A DNA stretch of 64,000 nt from Tubiluchus corallicola (Eukaryota > Animalia > Priapulida). This document shows, one piece after another, positions 29,241 to 40,992 of the stretch; within the stretch, counting starts at the first letter, position 1, and each line of letters starts with the position of its first letter. The position numbers and the translations under genes are program-made. Where the stretch lies: NCBI GenBank assembly GCA_030141605.1, contig JAQGDQ010000858.1:23151-87150 (forward strand), written 5' to 3'. The notes beneath the pieces were generated by a model that searched no databases, was not told the origin of the DNA, and saw nothing but the letters and a program-made list of their open reading frames with translations.

Positions 29241-32200
29241 ATGATTCTCTTTTTTAAAGGTTGCTCAAGCCTCATTGCTGTAGACTCTAGCAGAAAACTC
29301 AATAAAAATGAAGTCTCCAGGCTCGCATGGCTGTTTGACAGCGTGCTTCTGTCATCTTCCGACCACAAAACTCTTGACAAAAACTACATAGGGCCACGAA
29401 AGGAAATGATAACCCCATGGAGTACCAATGCCGTAGAAATAGCCAGAAACATGGGTTTGGAAACTATTATACGCATTGAGAAGTTTTTGCCTACAGAAAC
29501 AGATGAGCCAGAATTTGACCCTATGCTACAAGACCTATATAGAGGGATAGGGCAGGATATCTTTACTGTTAGCTATAGGCCTGACCCTGTTATCGTCATT
29601 GACGATATTGCAAAATACAACTCTGACGAAGGATTAGCTCTAAGCTGTGATGAAATCAGCTATCTCGAAGAGGTCTCAAAGAAAATAGGGAGAAAACTTA
29701 CTGACAGCGAAATATTTGGATTTTCACAGGTAAACTCGGAGCACTGCCGTCATAAAATATTTAACGGAAGCTTTGTCATTGACAATAAGGAGATGCCTTA
29801 CTCCCTGTTTCAGATGATAAAAAAGACTACCAATACAAACCCCAACACCATTGTATCGGCATATAAAGACAACTGCTCATTCAGCAAAGGCCCTGTCTCT
29901 AGCCAATTTGCACCTCACAGCCATGACAAATCTGACTACTTTGAAATAACAGATATTAACACTGTACTATCCCTGAAAGCAGAAACCCATAATTTCCCCA
30001 CCACTGTTGAACCTTTTAATGGTGCTTCTACTGGAACAGGTGGAGAAATTCGCGATCGTATGGCAGGAGGAAAAGGGAGCTTCCCTGTTGCCGGCACAGC
30101 AGTATACATGACATCTTATCCACGAACAGACGAAAATCGCAAGTGGGAACAAGCTATCACCCCACGCCCATGGCTCTATCAGACACCAGAAGAGATACTT
30201 ATAAAAGCATCAAATGGAGCATCCGACTTTGGAAACAAGTTTGGGCAGCCACTAATAAATGGCTCTCTGCTAACATTTGAACACATAGAAAATGGGAAAC
30301 AGTTTGGATACGATAAAGTGATAATGCTTGCCGGAGGCATTGGATATGGCAAAATAGAAGACAGCCTGAAAAGCACTCCTTCAAATGGAGACAAAATTGT
30401 ATTACTGGGTGGCGACAACTATCGTATTGGAATGGGAGGGGGAGCTGTCTCATCTGTCGATACGGGAGAATATGAAAGCCACATTGAGCTAAATGCAGTT
30501 CAACGTGCAAACCCGGAGATGCAAAAGAGGGCATACAACACTATAAGAGCACTGGCTGAAAGCAGTAAAAATCCAATTATCTCAATTCACGATCACGGAG
30601 CAGGAGGACACCTCAACTGCTTGTCAGAATTGGTAGAAGAGACAGGAGGCAAAATATATATCGACAAACTCCCAATAGGAGACCCAACACTATCTGCAAA
30701 AGAGATCGTTGGTAACGAATCTCAGGAGCGAATGGGAATGGTAGTCCACAAAAAAGACCTACCACTGGTAGAACGAATTGCAGAGCGGGAGCGCTCTCCC
30801 GTATATACTGTGGGTGAAATAACAGACGACAGCATATTTACCTTTGTGAACAGGGAAAATGGAGAAAAACCTATAAACTGGGAATTGGAATACATGTTTG
30901 GCAAGCCACCAAAAACATTGCTGGAGGACAAAACCATTGATGAAAAATATCTCGATCCTGAATATAGCAAAAATAAAATCCCCAACTATATAGAAGCTGT
31001 TCTCCAGCTGGAATCTGTAGCATGTAAAGACTGGCTTACCAATAAAGTAGACCGCTCCGTAACCGGGAAAATTGCCAAACAGCAGTGTGCCGGAGAATTA
31101 CAACTTCCGTTAAACAACCTCGGTGTTGTGGCAGTTGGTTATCAAGGAAATGAGGGTGTCGCATCCTCAATAGGACACGCCCCCGTCGCAGGGCTTATTA
31201 ATGCTGCACACGGCTCTGTGCTATCTATTGCTGAAGCATTGACAAACATTATATGGGCTCCTCTAACACACAAGATAAAAGGTATATCTCTATCTGCCAA
31301 CTGGATGTGGCCGGCCAAAAATCCCGGAGAAAACTCCCGCCTCTACAAAGCAGTTGAAGCTGCATCCGAATTTGCGTGCACCCTGGGGATAAACATTCCT
31401 ACCGGGAAAGATTCGCTCTCTATGACACAAAAATATAAAGACAAAGTAGTCTACTCCCCCGGAACAGTAATCATATCTGCATCAGGAGAGGTTCGCGATA
31501 TTAGAAAAACCGTTGAACCTGTCGTTAAAAATGACCCTCTAAAACCACTTTACTATATTGACTTCTCTAAATCGCCTAAAACCCTGGGAGGAAGCTCACT
31601 TGCTCAAACAATGAACAGATTAGGGCAAGAGTGCCCCACCGTATCAGACACCAGGTATTTTGCTGACGCATTTAACACTATACAATGCTCTATTGAAAAA
31701 GGGCATGTCGCTGCAGGGCACGATATTTCGGCAGGAGGAATCCTTACCACACTGCTGGAAATGTGTTTTGCAAACAGTATCGGGGGGTTGGAACTTGACC
31801 TGACAAGTCTTGGAGAAAAAGACAGCGTAAAACTTCTGTTTAGTGAAAACCCGGGTATAGTTGTACAGGCAGAAAACCAAGAAGAACTTGAAAAATCTTT
31901 GACCTCCGGAGGAATAGACTTTGTAAATATTGGCACTACCATAAGAGAGAGAGTCGTGAAAATAAAAAATGGCGACGACTCATTCAACTTTAATATTGAT
32001 AGCCTGCGTAGCCTGTGGTTTAAACCCTCATACCTTCTGGACAGAAAGCAGAGCGGTGACAAGCATGCCTTAGAGCGCTTTAATAACTACAAAAACAACA
32101 AATTAGAATTTAACTTTAACTCGTTCACTGGGAAATTTACTGATCAGGGTATCGATCCGGCAAGACGCAAGTCAGCAGGAATAAAATCTGCTATTATTCG

Positions 32201-32933
32201 TGAAAAGGGTGTAAACGGTGACAGAGAAATGGCGTGGAGCATGTACCTGGCAGGTATGGATGTAAAAGATGTTCATATGACCGATCTTATAAGTGGGAAA
32301 GAGACCCTTGAAGATATAAATATGATAGTATTTGTGGGAGGCTTCTCAAACTCTGACGTACCCAAATCGGCAAAAGGATGGGCAGGAGCGTTTAAATATA
32401 ATGACAAAGCGCGCACAACCCTGGAAAAATTTTACAGGCGTGAAGACACACTGAGCCTGGGAGTATGCAATGGCTGTCAGCTTATGGCAGAACTTAACCT
32501 TATCTATCCTGGTGAGCAAGAAAAAGTAAAAATGAGACATAACGACTCTCATAAATTTGAATCATCCTTTGTGAATGTTGACATTCTGCAAAACAACTCA
32601 GTGATGCTAAAATCTCTTGCAGGTATGCGCCTGGGTATATGGGTGGCTCATGGAGAGGGGAAATTTGACTTGCCCGAAAGCATGGATAAATATAACATAC
32701 CAGTCAAGTACTCGTACAACAACTACCCCGGTAACCCAAATGGCTCATCATATAACACTGCTGCTATATGCTCAAACAACGGCCGCCACCTTGCCATAAT
32801 GCCTCATCTGGAAAGAGCTATTTATCCATGGCAATGGGGATTTTACCCATCATCTTCCGGGAATAGCAATGAAATAACTCCGTGGATAGAGGCGTTTGTA
32901 AACGCAAAAAAATGGATAGAAGCAAGAACATAA
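29241..32933 (+). CDS. purL: Phosphoribosylformylglycinamidine synthase (large single-chain)
   Basis: NSEHCRHKIF, KAETHNFPT, GGEIRD, HD.GAGG, NESQERM, GKDSLSM; GATase domain GGFS, GVCNGCQ, AHGEG, MPHLER. Confidence 0.96.
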   Translation: MILFFKGCSSLIAVDSSRKLNKNEVSRLAWLFDSVLLSSSDHKTLDKNYIGPRKEMITPWSTNAVEIARNMGLETIIRIEKFLPTETDEPEFDPMLQDLYRGIGQDIFTVSYRPDPVIVIDDIAKYNSDEGLALSCDEISYLEEVSKKIGRKLTDSEIFGFSQVNSEHCRHKIFNGSFVIDNKEMPYSLFQMIKKTTNTNPNTIVSAYKDNCSFSKGPVSSQFAPHSHDKSDYFEITDINTVLSLKAETHNFPTTVEPFNGASTGTGGEIRDRMAGGKGSFPVAGTAVYMTSYPRTDENRKWEQAITPRPWLYQTPEEILIKASNGASDFGNKFGQPLINGSLLTFEHIENGKQFGYDKVIMLAGGIGYGKIEDSLKSTPSNGDKIVLLGGDNYRIGMGGGAVSSVDTGEYESHIELNAVQRANPEMQKRAYNTIRALAESSKNPIISIHDHGAGGHLNCLSELVEETGGKIYIDKLPIGDPTLSAKEIVGNESQERMGMVVHKKDLPLVERIAERERSPVYTVGEITDDSIFTFVNRENGEKPINWELEYMFGKPPKTLLEDKTIDEKYLDPEYSKNKIPNYIEAVLQLESVACKDWLTNKVDRSVTGKIAKQQCAGELQLPLNNLGVVAVGYQGNEGVASSIGHAPVAGLINAAHGSVLSIAEALTNIIWAPLTHKIKGISLSANWMWPAKNPGENSRLYKAVEAASEFACTLGINIPTGKDSLSMTQKYKDKVVYSPGTVIISASGEVRDIRKTVEPVVKNDPLKPLYYIDFSKSPKTLGGSSLAQTMNRLGQECPTVSDTRYFADAFNTIQCSIEKGHVAAGHDISAGGILTTLLEMCFANSIGGLELDLTSLGEKDSVKLLFSENPGIVVQAENQEELEKSLTSGGIDFVNIGTTIRERVVKIKNGDDSFNFNIDSLRSLWFKPSYLLDRKQSGDKHALERFNNYKNNKLEFNFNSFTGKFTDQGIDPARRKSAGIKSAIIREKGVNGDREMAWSMYLAGMDVKDVHMTDLISGKETLEDINMIVFVGGFSNSDVPKSAKGWAGAFKYNDKARTTLEKFYRREDTLSLGVCNGCQLMAELNLIYPGEQEKVKMRHNDSHKFESSFVNVDILQNNSVMLKSLAGMRLGIWVAHGEGKFDLPESMDKYNIPVKYSYNNYPGNPNGSSYNTAAICSNNGRHLAIMPHLERAIYPWQWGFYPSSSGNSNEITPWIEAFVNAKKWIEART

Positions 32934-33016
32934 AAACCGGCTGAACTTTCTCTACAAAATCAAAAAACTTCGACCTAAACTGCAAAAAAACCTGAAGAAA
33001 GCACAACTGAAAGCCT

Positions 33017-33946
33017 TTAAGTCCGAAATAGAAAATCAATATTTCTCCTTAACCTTTTGTACCCTAAATGCTCAATAGCTGTACCCGCAAAAAGTTTCTT
33101 AAACGTTGGCTTATCCAGCTCTTGCCACTCCGTAGGCGGCATCTCAATAAAATCTCCTGGACTAAAATCAGGTATATTGCAGGGATTAGCTCTCCTATTC
33201 CATGGGCACACATCCTGACATATATCACAGCCAAAAACACGATTCTTCAACTTACCGCAAAACTCACCCGGAATCTCACTCTTATGCCCTATAGTAATAT
33301 ACGAAATACACTTTCTGGAATCTATTCTTCGTGGAGAAACAATTGCTCCCGTAGGACACTCATCAATACACCTAGTACAACTCCCGCAGCGCTCCTCCTC
33401 AAACGGCATATCATACTCCAACTCAATATCCAGTACCAACTCCCCGATAAATACCCATGAACCATACTTAGGAGATATCAGCATTGAATTTTTACCAATC
33501 CACCCCAAACCCGCCTTCCTTGCCCAGACTCTGTCAAGTACAGGCGCAGAATCAACAAACGGTCGCCCAACACAACAAGCCACCTCCCTGTTTACAAAAT
33601 CAAAAAGCCTGTTTAACCTGTCTTTCACAATGTAATGATAGTCCTTCCCCAAAGCATACTTCGCCACTACAGGAGTATTTGCTTTAACCTGCCTTCGTGA
33701 CGGAAAATAGTTAAGAAGAACGGAGACCACAGAACGTGCATTATCCACCAGCTTCCCAGGATCCAACCTCTTTTCAAAATGATTGACCATATACCCCATC
33801 TCTCCATACATCCCATCATCCAACCACCTCTTCAGACGCGGCATTTCCTCTGCTAAATAGTGGACAGGGGCAATACCACAATCAGAAAAACCAAGCCTAA
33901 TCGCTTCGTCTTTTATAAGCTTACTATAACCTGCCTTTTTACTCAA
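33017..33946 (-). CDS. queG: Epoxyqueuosine reductase
   Basis: YALGKDYH, VDSAPV, AGLGWIGKN, CGSCTRC...CPTGA, CISY, GCDICQDVCPWN. Confidence 0.95.
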   Translation of the reverse strand: MSKKAGYSKLIKDEAIRLGFSDCGIAPVHYLAEEMPRLKRWLDDGMYGEMGYMVNHFEKRLDPGKLVDNARSVVSVLLNYFPSRRQVKANTPVVAKYALGKDYHYIVKDRLNRLFDFVNREVACCVGRPFVDSAPVLDRVWARKAGLGWIGKNSMLISPKYGSWVFIGELVLDIELEYDMPFEEERCGSCTRCIDECPTGAIVSPRRIDSRKCISYITIGHKSEIPGEFCGKLKNRVFGCDICQDVCPWNRRANPCNIPDFSPGDFIEMPPTEWQELDKPTFKKLFAGTAIEHLGYKRLRRNIDFLFRT

Positions 33947-34014
33947 AAACCTCTGTTTTTTTAACTAACAACAAAAAAACACACTCTGCACAGCAAGGAC
34001 AGCCCACCAAGCAC

Positions 34015-34317
34015 TCAAAAACCCAACTCTAACCTTGCATCTTCAGACATCATAGACCTATCCCAGGGAGGATCAAAAGTCAGATCTATATCACACCCTT
34101 TAATGTCAGTAACCTGCTTAACAGCACACTCCACATCACTTACTATCATATCAGCAACAGGACAACCGGGAGCAGTCAACGTCATCACCACTTTCACAAC
34201 ATCTTTATCGTCAATATCCACACTATATATCAATCCAAGATCATATACATTTACCGGTATTTCAGGATCAAAAACCTGTTTAAGCTGATCAATTACCTTA
34301 TCTATCCTTTCATCCAT
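34015..34317 (-). CDS. sufT: DUF59 / SufT Fe-S assembly protein
   Basis: DPEIPVN.YDLGL, MTLTAPGCP, FDPPW; last gene of the suf operon. Confidence 0.88.
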   Translation of the reverse strand: MDERIDKVIDQLKQVFDPEIPVNVYDLGLIYSVDIDDKDVVKVVMTLTAPGCPVADMIVSDVECAVKQVTDIKGCDIDLTFDPPWDRSMMSEDARLELGF

Positions 34318-34359
34318 AACTATAAAATTACTACCTGTCCTATATCTTTTATATCAACT

Positions 34360-34794
34360 TTACCCATTGCCTTTCCCTGCAATTTTGCTATACGCTAAAG
34401 CATAAAGCTTCATCTGCTTTACCATTGACAATAATCCGTTTGAACGGGTTGGGGAAAGGTGCTGCGTTAGCCCCACACTATCTATAAAATGTGGTTTCGA
34501 ATCAAGCACCTCCTTTGGAGTACGACCAGAATACACTCTCAATAATAAAGCAATAAGCCCCTTCACAATCAAAGAGTCGCTATCGGCTTCAAAAACAATC
34601 CTACCGCCAGACAACTCCTGGTGCAGCCACACCTTCGACTGACATCCCCTGATAAGGTTTTCATCAACCTTATACTGAAGAGCAATACCAGGGAGTTCAT
34701 TACCCAACTCAATGATATATGAATACTTATCCATCCACTCTTCAAAAGTGGCAAACTCCTCTACTATCTCCTGTTGAACCTCATCAATAGTCAT
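34360..34794 (-). CDS. sufE: Cysteine desulfuration protein SufE
   Basis: GCQSKVW, DSD..IVKG, LSPTRSNGL. Confidence 0.95.
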   Translation of the reverse strand: MTIDEVQQEIVEEFATFEEWMDKYSYIIELGNELPGIALQYKVDENLIRGCQSKVWLHQELSGGRIVFEADSDSLIVKGLIALLLRVYSGRTPKEVLDSKPHFIDSVGLTQHLSPTRSNGLLSMVKQMKLYALAYSKIAGKGNG

Positions 34795-34818
34795 TCTGAT
34801 TAGAATTTAGTATAAAAA

Positions 34819-36039
34819 TTAAAACATCCCTTTTATCCTTAAAATGGCATCATATAATATATCAGCCTCTTCGTAAGTATTGTAAAATGCAAATGACGCC
34901 CTCAAAACGCCCGACACTCCGAAATGGTCCATAGTAGGATCAGCGCAAAGACGACCAGAACGAACAGCAATACCCATTTGGTCAAGTAAGGTGTTAATAT
35001 CGAAAAAATGTATTCCCTCAACAGAAAACGAAACACACCCTGCCTTTTCCGGAGTATCCCCATATATACGCAGACCCTCTACTCCTTTAAGCTTTGCAGT
35101 TGCATACTCCAGCAAACTCAGCTCATAATCATGTATGTCTTTCGAACTGAAACGCCCTAAATACCTGATAGCCTCACCCAAACCTATAAGTCCGATATAA
35201 TTCGGCGTACCCGGCTCAAACTTCAAGGGGATATCATTAAAAGTTGTACCCGAAAAACTCACACTATCTACCATCTCACCTCCGCCCATAAAAGGTGGCA
35301 TTTTCTCAAGCCACTTCCTCTTGCCATACAAAATACCGACCCCTGTAGGTGCATACATCTTGTGTCCAGAAAAAACATAAAAATCACAATCCAAGCTCTG
35401 CACATCAACTGGGAGATGCACTATTCCCTGTGCTCCATCAATAAGAACAGGCACCCCTTGCCTATGTGCTATATCTATGACTTTACCAATAGGATTCACC
35501 ACCCCCAGTGCATTCGACATATGAGCCACCGCAACAAGTCTCGTCCTATCAGAAATTAACGCATCAAGCTGCTCTACCTGAAGCATTCCGGTATCATCAA
35601 AGGGCAGCACCTTAACTTTTGCCCGCTTACGCTCACACAACATCTGCCATGGGACAATATTGGCATGATGCTCCATCTCAGAAACAATTACCTCATCGCC
35701 TTCACCAATAAAAGCCTCACCAAATGAGTTTGCAACAAGATTTATAGACTCAGTTGCACCATGAGTTACCACTACCTCACAACTCTCTTTGGCATTTAAA
35801 AAATCGCGCACCAGATCCCGCGACTCTTCATAAGCCGCAGTCGTTCTGTCTGCTAAATAATGTGTTGCGCGGTGTATATTAGAATTTATCTCCTGGTAGG
35901 TCCTCCTTATACTGTCAAGCACTTGCAAAGGCTTCTGTGTCGTAGCAGCATTGTCAAGATATACCAAACGCTTCCCACCTATACCCTCAGCAAGAATGGG
36001 AAACTCTTTACGTATTTCCGAAATGTTGATATCCTTCAT
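34819..36039 (-). CDS. sufS: Cysteine desulfurase SufS
   Basis: YLDNAATTQKP, EHHANIVPW, DGAQ, FSGHK, E.GTP, RSGRLCA (group II; usual form is R.GHHCA). Confidence 0.93.
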   Translation of the reverse strand: MKDINISEIRKEFPILAEGIGGKRLVYLDNAATTQKPLQVLDSIRRTYQEINSNIHRATHYLADRTTAAYEESRDLVRDFLNAKESCEVVVTHGATESINLVANSFGEAFIGEGDEVIVSEMEHHANIVPWQMLCERKRAKVKVLPFDDTGMLQVEQLDALISDRTRLVAVAHMSNALGVVNPIGKVIDIAHRQGVPVLIDGAQGIVHLPVDVQSLDCDFYVFSGHKMYAPTGVGILYGKRKWLEKMPPFMGGGEMVDSVSFSGTTFNDIPLKFEPGTPNYIGLIGLGEAIRYLGRFSSKDIHDYELSLLEYATAKLKGVEGLRIYGDTPEKAGCVSFSVEGIHFFDINTLLDQMGIAVRSGRLCADPTMDHFGVSGVLRASFAFYNTYEEADILYDAILRIKGMF

Positions 36040-36069
36040 CCTACACTTACCTCTTTAAAAAAACACCTC

Positions 36070-37437
36070 TCAACGATCGCAACGTATTGCACATGAATGG
36101 CACTCCAAAACTTCACCACGTAGGCGTTTGTCAACCAAATGATCAATACACTCACGCAAAGGAGGAACGTTGATTGCCTGTAGCACCTCATGAGCAAAAG
36201 CAAACATAAGCATCAACCTGGCTTCCTGCTCCGAAATACCTCTGGACTTAAGATAAAACAGTGCATTATTATCAATACGCCCAACCGTTGCCCCGTGAGA
36301 ACACTTCACATCATCATTATCAATAACCAACTGTGGCTTTGTATTCATGCGGGCGCTCTTCGTCAAAAGAACACTATTATTCCTTTGAAAAGCCTCCGTC
36401 TTTTGCGCTTTCTCCACAACGTGGATGCGCCCCGTAAAAGCTCCCGATGACACATCATCAAGAATACTCTTATATAGCTGGTTACTCCGACAATCTGGGC
36501 GATTATGCTTTATAAACGTAAAACTATCTACATGCTGCTCCCTATCTGTTAGAGACAGCCCATAAGCATTTGTCTTGGCATGCTCTCCATCAAGGAGTAC
36601 ACTAAGGCTGTTACGCACAACTCCGCCATGTAGTGTAACTGTATTAGAGAGAAACTCCGAATCTCTTTCCTGACTTACAAACAGTCCGTTAAAACTTATC
36701 GTATTATTGTGTTGATTCTGTATAGTATATATCTCCAGTAACGAATCTTTATCAACCACAGCCTCAGATAGGTTATTCACAATAAAATTGTGCGGAGCAA
36801 TGGTGTGGTCACAAAACAGCAACTTAACATGACTGTTCTTGCCTGTAACAAACAAATTGCGCTGCGTCGCATATAAACTATCGTCTCCACTCAGAAGATT
36901 TACCACCTGTATAGGCTTATCTACTAAAACATTATCAGGCACATACACAAATATCCCATCCTGTGAAAATGCTGTATTTAATGCAACTATCGCATCCTTT
37001 TCGGGATTAGCAATATTGCCATAATACCTATCTAGCAAATCCTTATTCTCAATAGCCGCCTGCTTCATACTTTTAACAAGCACCTTATCAGGAAGACCAT
37101 TCAACCTCTGATTTCGCGCGTAGTACCAGCCATTTATCAAAAGCACCAAATGAGTATCTAGCTCCGGCACATCGCAGCTGAAAACATCATACAAGTCAAC
37201 CTCCGCCTTCTCGTACGCAAACACTCTTCTATAACTTTCGCTACTGAAAATCCCGGATAAATCCGTGTACTTATAATTCTCAGACTTAGCCCCGGGGATA
37301 CCCTGCCTCATAAATGCCTCAATAGCAGCATCGCGCTTCTCATTCAATACACCTGCAGAATTCTCTTCTATAACCTTACGATTCGCAAAAAAAAGGTCGG
37401 ATAACCGATTACCAATATCATCTGTTGACTGTAACAT
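36070..37437 (-). CDS. sufD: Fe-S cluster assembly protein SufD
   Basis: E.YKYT, ALN.AF..DG, AQKT.A.Q, KPQL.I..DDVKCSHGAT, FYL.SRGI. Confidence 0.93.
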   Translation of the reverse strand: MLQSTDDIGNRLSDLFFANRKVIEENSAGVLNEKRDAAIEAFMRQGIPGAKSENYKYTDLSGIFSSESYRRVFAYEKAEVDLYDVFSCDVPELDTHLVLLINGWYYARNQRLNGLPDKVLVKSMKQAAIENKDLLDRYYGNIANPEKDAIVALNTAFSQDGIFVYVPDNVLVDKPIQVVNLLSGDDSLYATQRNLFVTGKNSHVKLLFCDHTIAPHNFIVNNLSEAVVDKDSLLEIYTIQNQHNNTISFNGLFVSQERDSEFLSNTVTLHGGVVRNSLSVLLDGEHAKTNAYGLSLTDREQHVDSFTFIKHNRPDCRSNQLYKSILDDVSSGAFTGRIHVVEKAQKTEAFQRNNSVLLTKSARMNTKPQLVIDNDDVKCSHGATVGRIDNNALFYLKSRGISEQEARLMLMFAFAHEVLQAINVPPLRECIDHLVDKRLRGEVLECHSCAIRCDR

Positions 37438-37440
37438 TAC

Positions 37441-38193
37441 CTACTCTCCTATCTCTTTCTTGATCCAGTCATACCCTCTCTCTTCCAACTGGAGCGCAAG
37501 CTCTCTGCCTGCTGATTTCACAATGCGTCCATTATACAGCACATGCACATAATCGGGGACAATATAATCGAGCAGCCGCTGATAATGTGTCACAACAATC
37601 GTTGCATTAGACTCACTCTTTAGTGCATTCACACCATTTGCAACTATTCGTAAAGCATCAATATCCAGTCCCGAATCTGTCTCGTCAAGAATCGATAATT
37701 TGGGCTCGAGCATAGCCATTTGAAATATTTCATTTTTTTTCTTCTCCCCTCCAGAAAACCCTTCGTTAACAGAACGATTGGTAAGCTGTGAATCAATCTC
37801 AACAAGCTGCTTCTTCTCTCGCATCAACTTGAGAAAATCGCTTGACGAAAGCTCCTCTCTACCCTGATACTTACGATGCTCATTTACCGCCGTTTTCAAA
37901 AAATTAACCATGCTTACTCCGGGTATCTCCACAGGATACTGAAAACTAAGGAACAACCCCTCCTTTGACCTCACATCCGCACTCATACTAAAAAGATCCT
38001 TCCCATTAAAAACAACCTCTCCCTTCGTAACCTCAAAACTATCGTGCCCCGCTAAAACATTAGCCAGAGTACTCTTACCCGAACCATTAGGCCCCATTAT
38101 GGCATGAATCTCACCCGCCTTAACAGAAAGACTTATTCCCCTTAATATCTCCTTACCCTCTACCTTTGCATGTAAATTATTAATTACTAACAT
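37441..38193 (-). CDS. sufC: Fe-S cluster assembly ATPase SufC
   Basis: GPNGSGKSTL, FQYPVEIPGV, NEGFSGGEKK, LDETDSGLDID, THYQRLL. Confidence 0.97.
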   Translation of the reverse strand: MLVINNLHAKVEGKEILRGISLSVKAGEIHAIMGPNGSGKSTLANVLAGHDSFEVTKGEVVFNGKDLFSMSADVRSKEGLFLSFQYPVEIPGVSMVNFLKTAVNEHRKYQGREELSSSDFLKLMREKKQLVEIDSQLTNRSVNEGFSGGEKKKNEIFQMAMLEPKLSILDETDSGLDIDALRIVANGVNALKSESNATIVVTHYQRLLDYIVPDYVHVLYNGRIVKSAGRELALQLEERGYDWIKKEIGE

Positions 38194-38240
38194 ACCTTAC
38201 ATCAGAAACTTAACTATAACAAATATCACTACACCTTACT

Positions 38241-39686
38241 TTACCCTACACTCCCCTCCAAACTAATTTGTAATAACTTCTGCGCTTCAACAACAAACTC
38301 CATTGGAAGCTTGTTTATAACCTCCCTGGCATAACCATTAACAATCATACCTACAGCATCCTCAGTTGAAATCCCGCGCTGATTACAATAAAATATCTGA
38401 TCCTCCCCTATCTTGGATGTTGTAGCCTCATGCTCCACCACCGCGCTGTCATTAGCAACCTCAATATATGGGAAAGTGTGGGCCCCACAAGCATCACCAA
38501 GGAGCAAAGAATCACACTGTGAAAAATTCCGCGCATTCTCTGCCTTCGGAGTCATCCTTACCAGTCCGCGATAGGAATTATTGCTCTTCCCCGCCGATAT
38601 ACCTTTCGACACTATAGTACTCTTTGTATTTTTCCCTACATGAATCATTTTCGTCCCGGTATCGGCCTGCTGGTGATTATTAGTTAAAGCCACAGAATTA
38701 AACTCTGCAGTAGAATTATCGCCTATCAAAATACAGCCCGGATACTTCCATGTAATAGCGGAACCAGTCTCTACCTGATTCCATAATATCTTTGACGCCT
38801 TCCCTTTACACATCCCTCTCTTGGTTACAAAATTGTATATTCCCCCCTTGCCATCCTTATCCCCGGGATACCAGTTTTGCACAGTTGAATACTTTACCTC
38901 CGCACGATTAAAAGCAACTATCTCCACTACAGCAGCATGCAGTTGATTCTCATCACGCATAGGAGCCGTACATCCCTCAAGATAGGAAACATAGCTGTCA
39001 TCCTCCGCCACTATCAATGTTCGCTCAAACTGCCCTGTATTGGCAGAATTAATACGAAAATATGTAGAAAGCTCCATAGGGCACTTTACTCCCTTGGGAA
39101 TATATGCAAACGACCCGTCAGAAAAAACAGCCGAATTGAGTGCGGCAAAATAATTATCTCTGTACGACACCACCATCCCTAGGTACTTCTGTATAAGATC
39201 AGGATGCTCTCTTACAGCCTCACTAAAAGAGCAAAAAATAATGCCGCGTTCGGCAAGAGTCTCTTTAAAAGTTGTTTTCACAGACACACTGTCTATTACA
39301 GCGTCAATGGCAACTCCAGCAAGCTGCTTCTGCTCTTCCAATGGTACACCAAGCTTCTCAAAAGTGCTAAGCAGCTCAGGATCAACCTCATCAAGACTGC
39401 TATACTTCGCCTCCTGGCGTGGAGCTGCATAATATATTATATCCTGATAATCTATCTCAGGTATATTGAGGTAAGCCCAGTCGGGCATCTTCATGCTCAA
39501 CCAGTGACGATATGCCTTAAGCCTAAAATTAAGCAAAAACTCCGGCTCTCCCTTCTTGGCGGAAATAAGCCGAATAACATCCTCATTGAGCCCCTTCCCA
39601 ATAGACTCTGTTTCAATGTTAGAAACAAAACCATACTGATACTCGCGCCCTGTAACGCCATCTAACAACTCATCTTGCTCTTTCAT
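38241..39686 (-). CDS. sufB: Fe-S cluster assembly protein SufB
   Basis: [64 protein letters not shown]. Confidence 0.97.
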   Translation of the reverse strand: MKEQDELLDGVTGREYQYGFVSNIETESIGKGLNEDVIRLISAKKGEPEFLLNFRLKAYRHWLSMKMPDWAYLNIPEIDYQDIIYYAAPRQEAKYSSLDEVDPELLSTFEKLGVPLEEQKQLAGVAIDAVIDSVSVKTTFKETLAERGIIFCSFSEAVREHPDLIQKYLGMVVSYRDNYFAALNSAVFSDGSFAYIPKGVKCPMELSTYFRINSANTGQFERTLIVAEDDSYVSYLEGCTAPMRDENQLHAAVVEIVAFNRAEVKYSTVQNWYPGDKDGKGGIYNFVTKRGMCKGKASKILWNQVETGSAITWKYPGCILIGDNSTAEFNSVALTNNHQQADTGTKMIHVGKNTKSTIVSKGISAGKSNNSYRGLVRMTPKAENARNFSQCDSLLLGDACGAHTFPYIEVANDSAVVEHEATTSKIGEDQIFYCNQRGISTEDAVGMIVNGYAREVINKLPMEFVVEAQKLLQISLEGSVG

Positions 39687-39834
39687 CTAACTTGATTTAT
39701 TCTTGTCAATAATAAGCTTACATACAGCGAATTAAACACACACCACACAACTCAACAGTTCAAAAAATTATCCGTATGAAAACTTTTTTGAAGTGTGAAG
39801 CTCTAAATATCTAAGCAAACCCAAATATTTATTG

Positions 39835-39862
39835 CAAAGATACAAAATGTAACCTATTTTTG
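39835..39862. promoter_or_regulatory. Overlapping divergent -7 elements: TATCTTTG (-, 39835-39842, suf) and TATTTTTG (+, 39855-39862, thiL)
   Basis: Two back-to-back TAnnTTTG matches in the sufB/thiL gap. Confidence 0.55.
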
Positions 39863-39929
39863 ACCCTTCGGGCTTGAACCCAGGAACAGAATACTTTACA
39901 AATTGAACAATAGGGATAAATTAAATAAT

Positions 39930-40970
39930 ATGGGAGATCCTAAAAAAGGAAAATCCGAACTCTCCGAACTGGGAGAATTTGGCCTGATTCACCGCCTCAC
40001 CAACAATATTGTCACTAAAAACAAAAGTACCCTTAAAGGAGTAGGCGATGACTGCGCAGTTCTGGACTTTGGTAATAAAAAAAGCGTTGTCACAACAGAT
40101 ATGCTGACTGAAGGAGTTCACTTCAACCTCATGTATGTACCCTTAAAACATCTGGGATACAAATCAGTAACTGTAAACCTTAGCGATATATACGCTATGA
40201 ATGCAGAACCCAAACAAATTACTGTCTCAATAGGAGTATCCTCTAAATTTTCAGTAAAAGCTATTGACGAACTATACTCTGGTATTCACTTAGCATGCAA
40301 GCGCTATAATGTTGACCTGGTGGGTGGAGACACAACAGCATCACTCTCCGGCCTTATTATATCAATCACAGCACTTGGCGAAGCAGAAGAAAAAAACATA
40401 GTCTACCGCAGTGGCGCACGCTCAGGGGATCTACTGTGTGTAACTGGCGACCTGGGAGGAGCCTACATGGGGCTACAGCTTCTCGAGCGCGAAAATGAAG
40501 TCTTTAAAGTGAACCGCAATATGCAGCCGCAACTGTCAGGATACGACTATATACTGGAGAGGCAGCTAAAGCCGGAAGCAAGACAGGATATGCTGAAAAA
40601 ATTTCAGGAAATAGGAATAAAACCAACCTCTATGATTGATATATCGGATGGACTTTCCTCTGAGATACTCCATATATGTGAAGAATCCAATGTTGGGTGC
40701 AAACTCTTTGAAGACAAAATTCCGTATGACGACCAAACAAAAAAGATGGCATTAGAAATGAATATTAACCCATTAGTAGCAGCACTAAACGGTGGTGAAG
40801 ACTACGAACTACTGTTTACCATTCCTCTGAATGAATATGATAAAATCAAGAATCACCCCGACATAACTGCTCTGGGGCATATGTCTGAAAAAAATGAAGG
40901 CGCAAATCTGATTACAGCCGGCTCTGGACAAATGGTACCAATACAAGCGCAAGGGTGGAAACACTTATAA
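39930..40970 (+). CDS. thiL: Thiamine-monophosphate kinase
   Basis: GEFGLI, GDDCA, EGVHF, NLSDI.AM, GGDT, DISDGL, GGEDYELLFT; probable start ATG 39930. Confidence 0.95.
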   Translation: MGDPKKGKSELSELGEFGLIHRLTNNIVTKNKSTLKGVGDDCAVLDFGNKKSVVTTDMLTEGVHFNLMYVPLKHLGYKSVTVNLSDIYAMNAEPKQITVSIGVSSKFSVKAIDELYSGIHLACKRYNVDLVGGDTTASLSGLIISITALGEAEEKNIVYRSGARSGDLLCVTGDLGGAYMGLQLLERENEVFKVNRNMQPQLSGYDYILERQLKPEARQDMLKKFQEIGIKPTSMIDISDGLSSEILHICEESNVGCKLFEDKIPYDDQTKKMALEMNINPLVAALNGGEDYELLFTIPLNEYDKIKNHPDITALGHMSEKNEGANLITAGSGQMVPIQAQGWKHL

Positions 40971-40992
40971 CACTCTAATCAACACTTAAAAA

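Noticed and set aside
32946-33008. Possible left half of the hairpin element after purL
   Set aside because: Too degenerate and A-rich to list as a feature; not counted in the orientation tally
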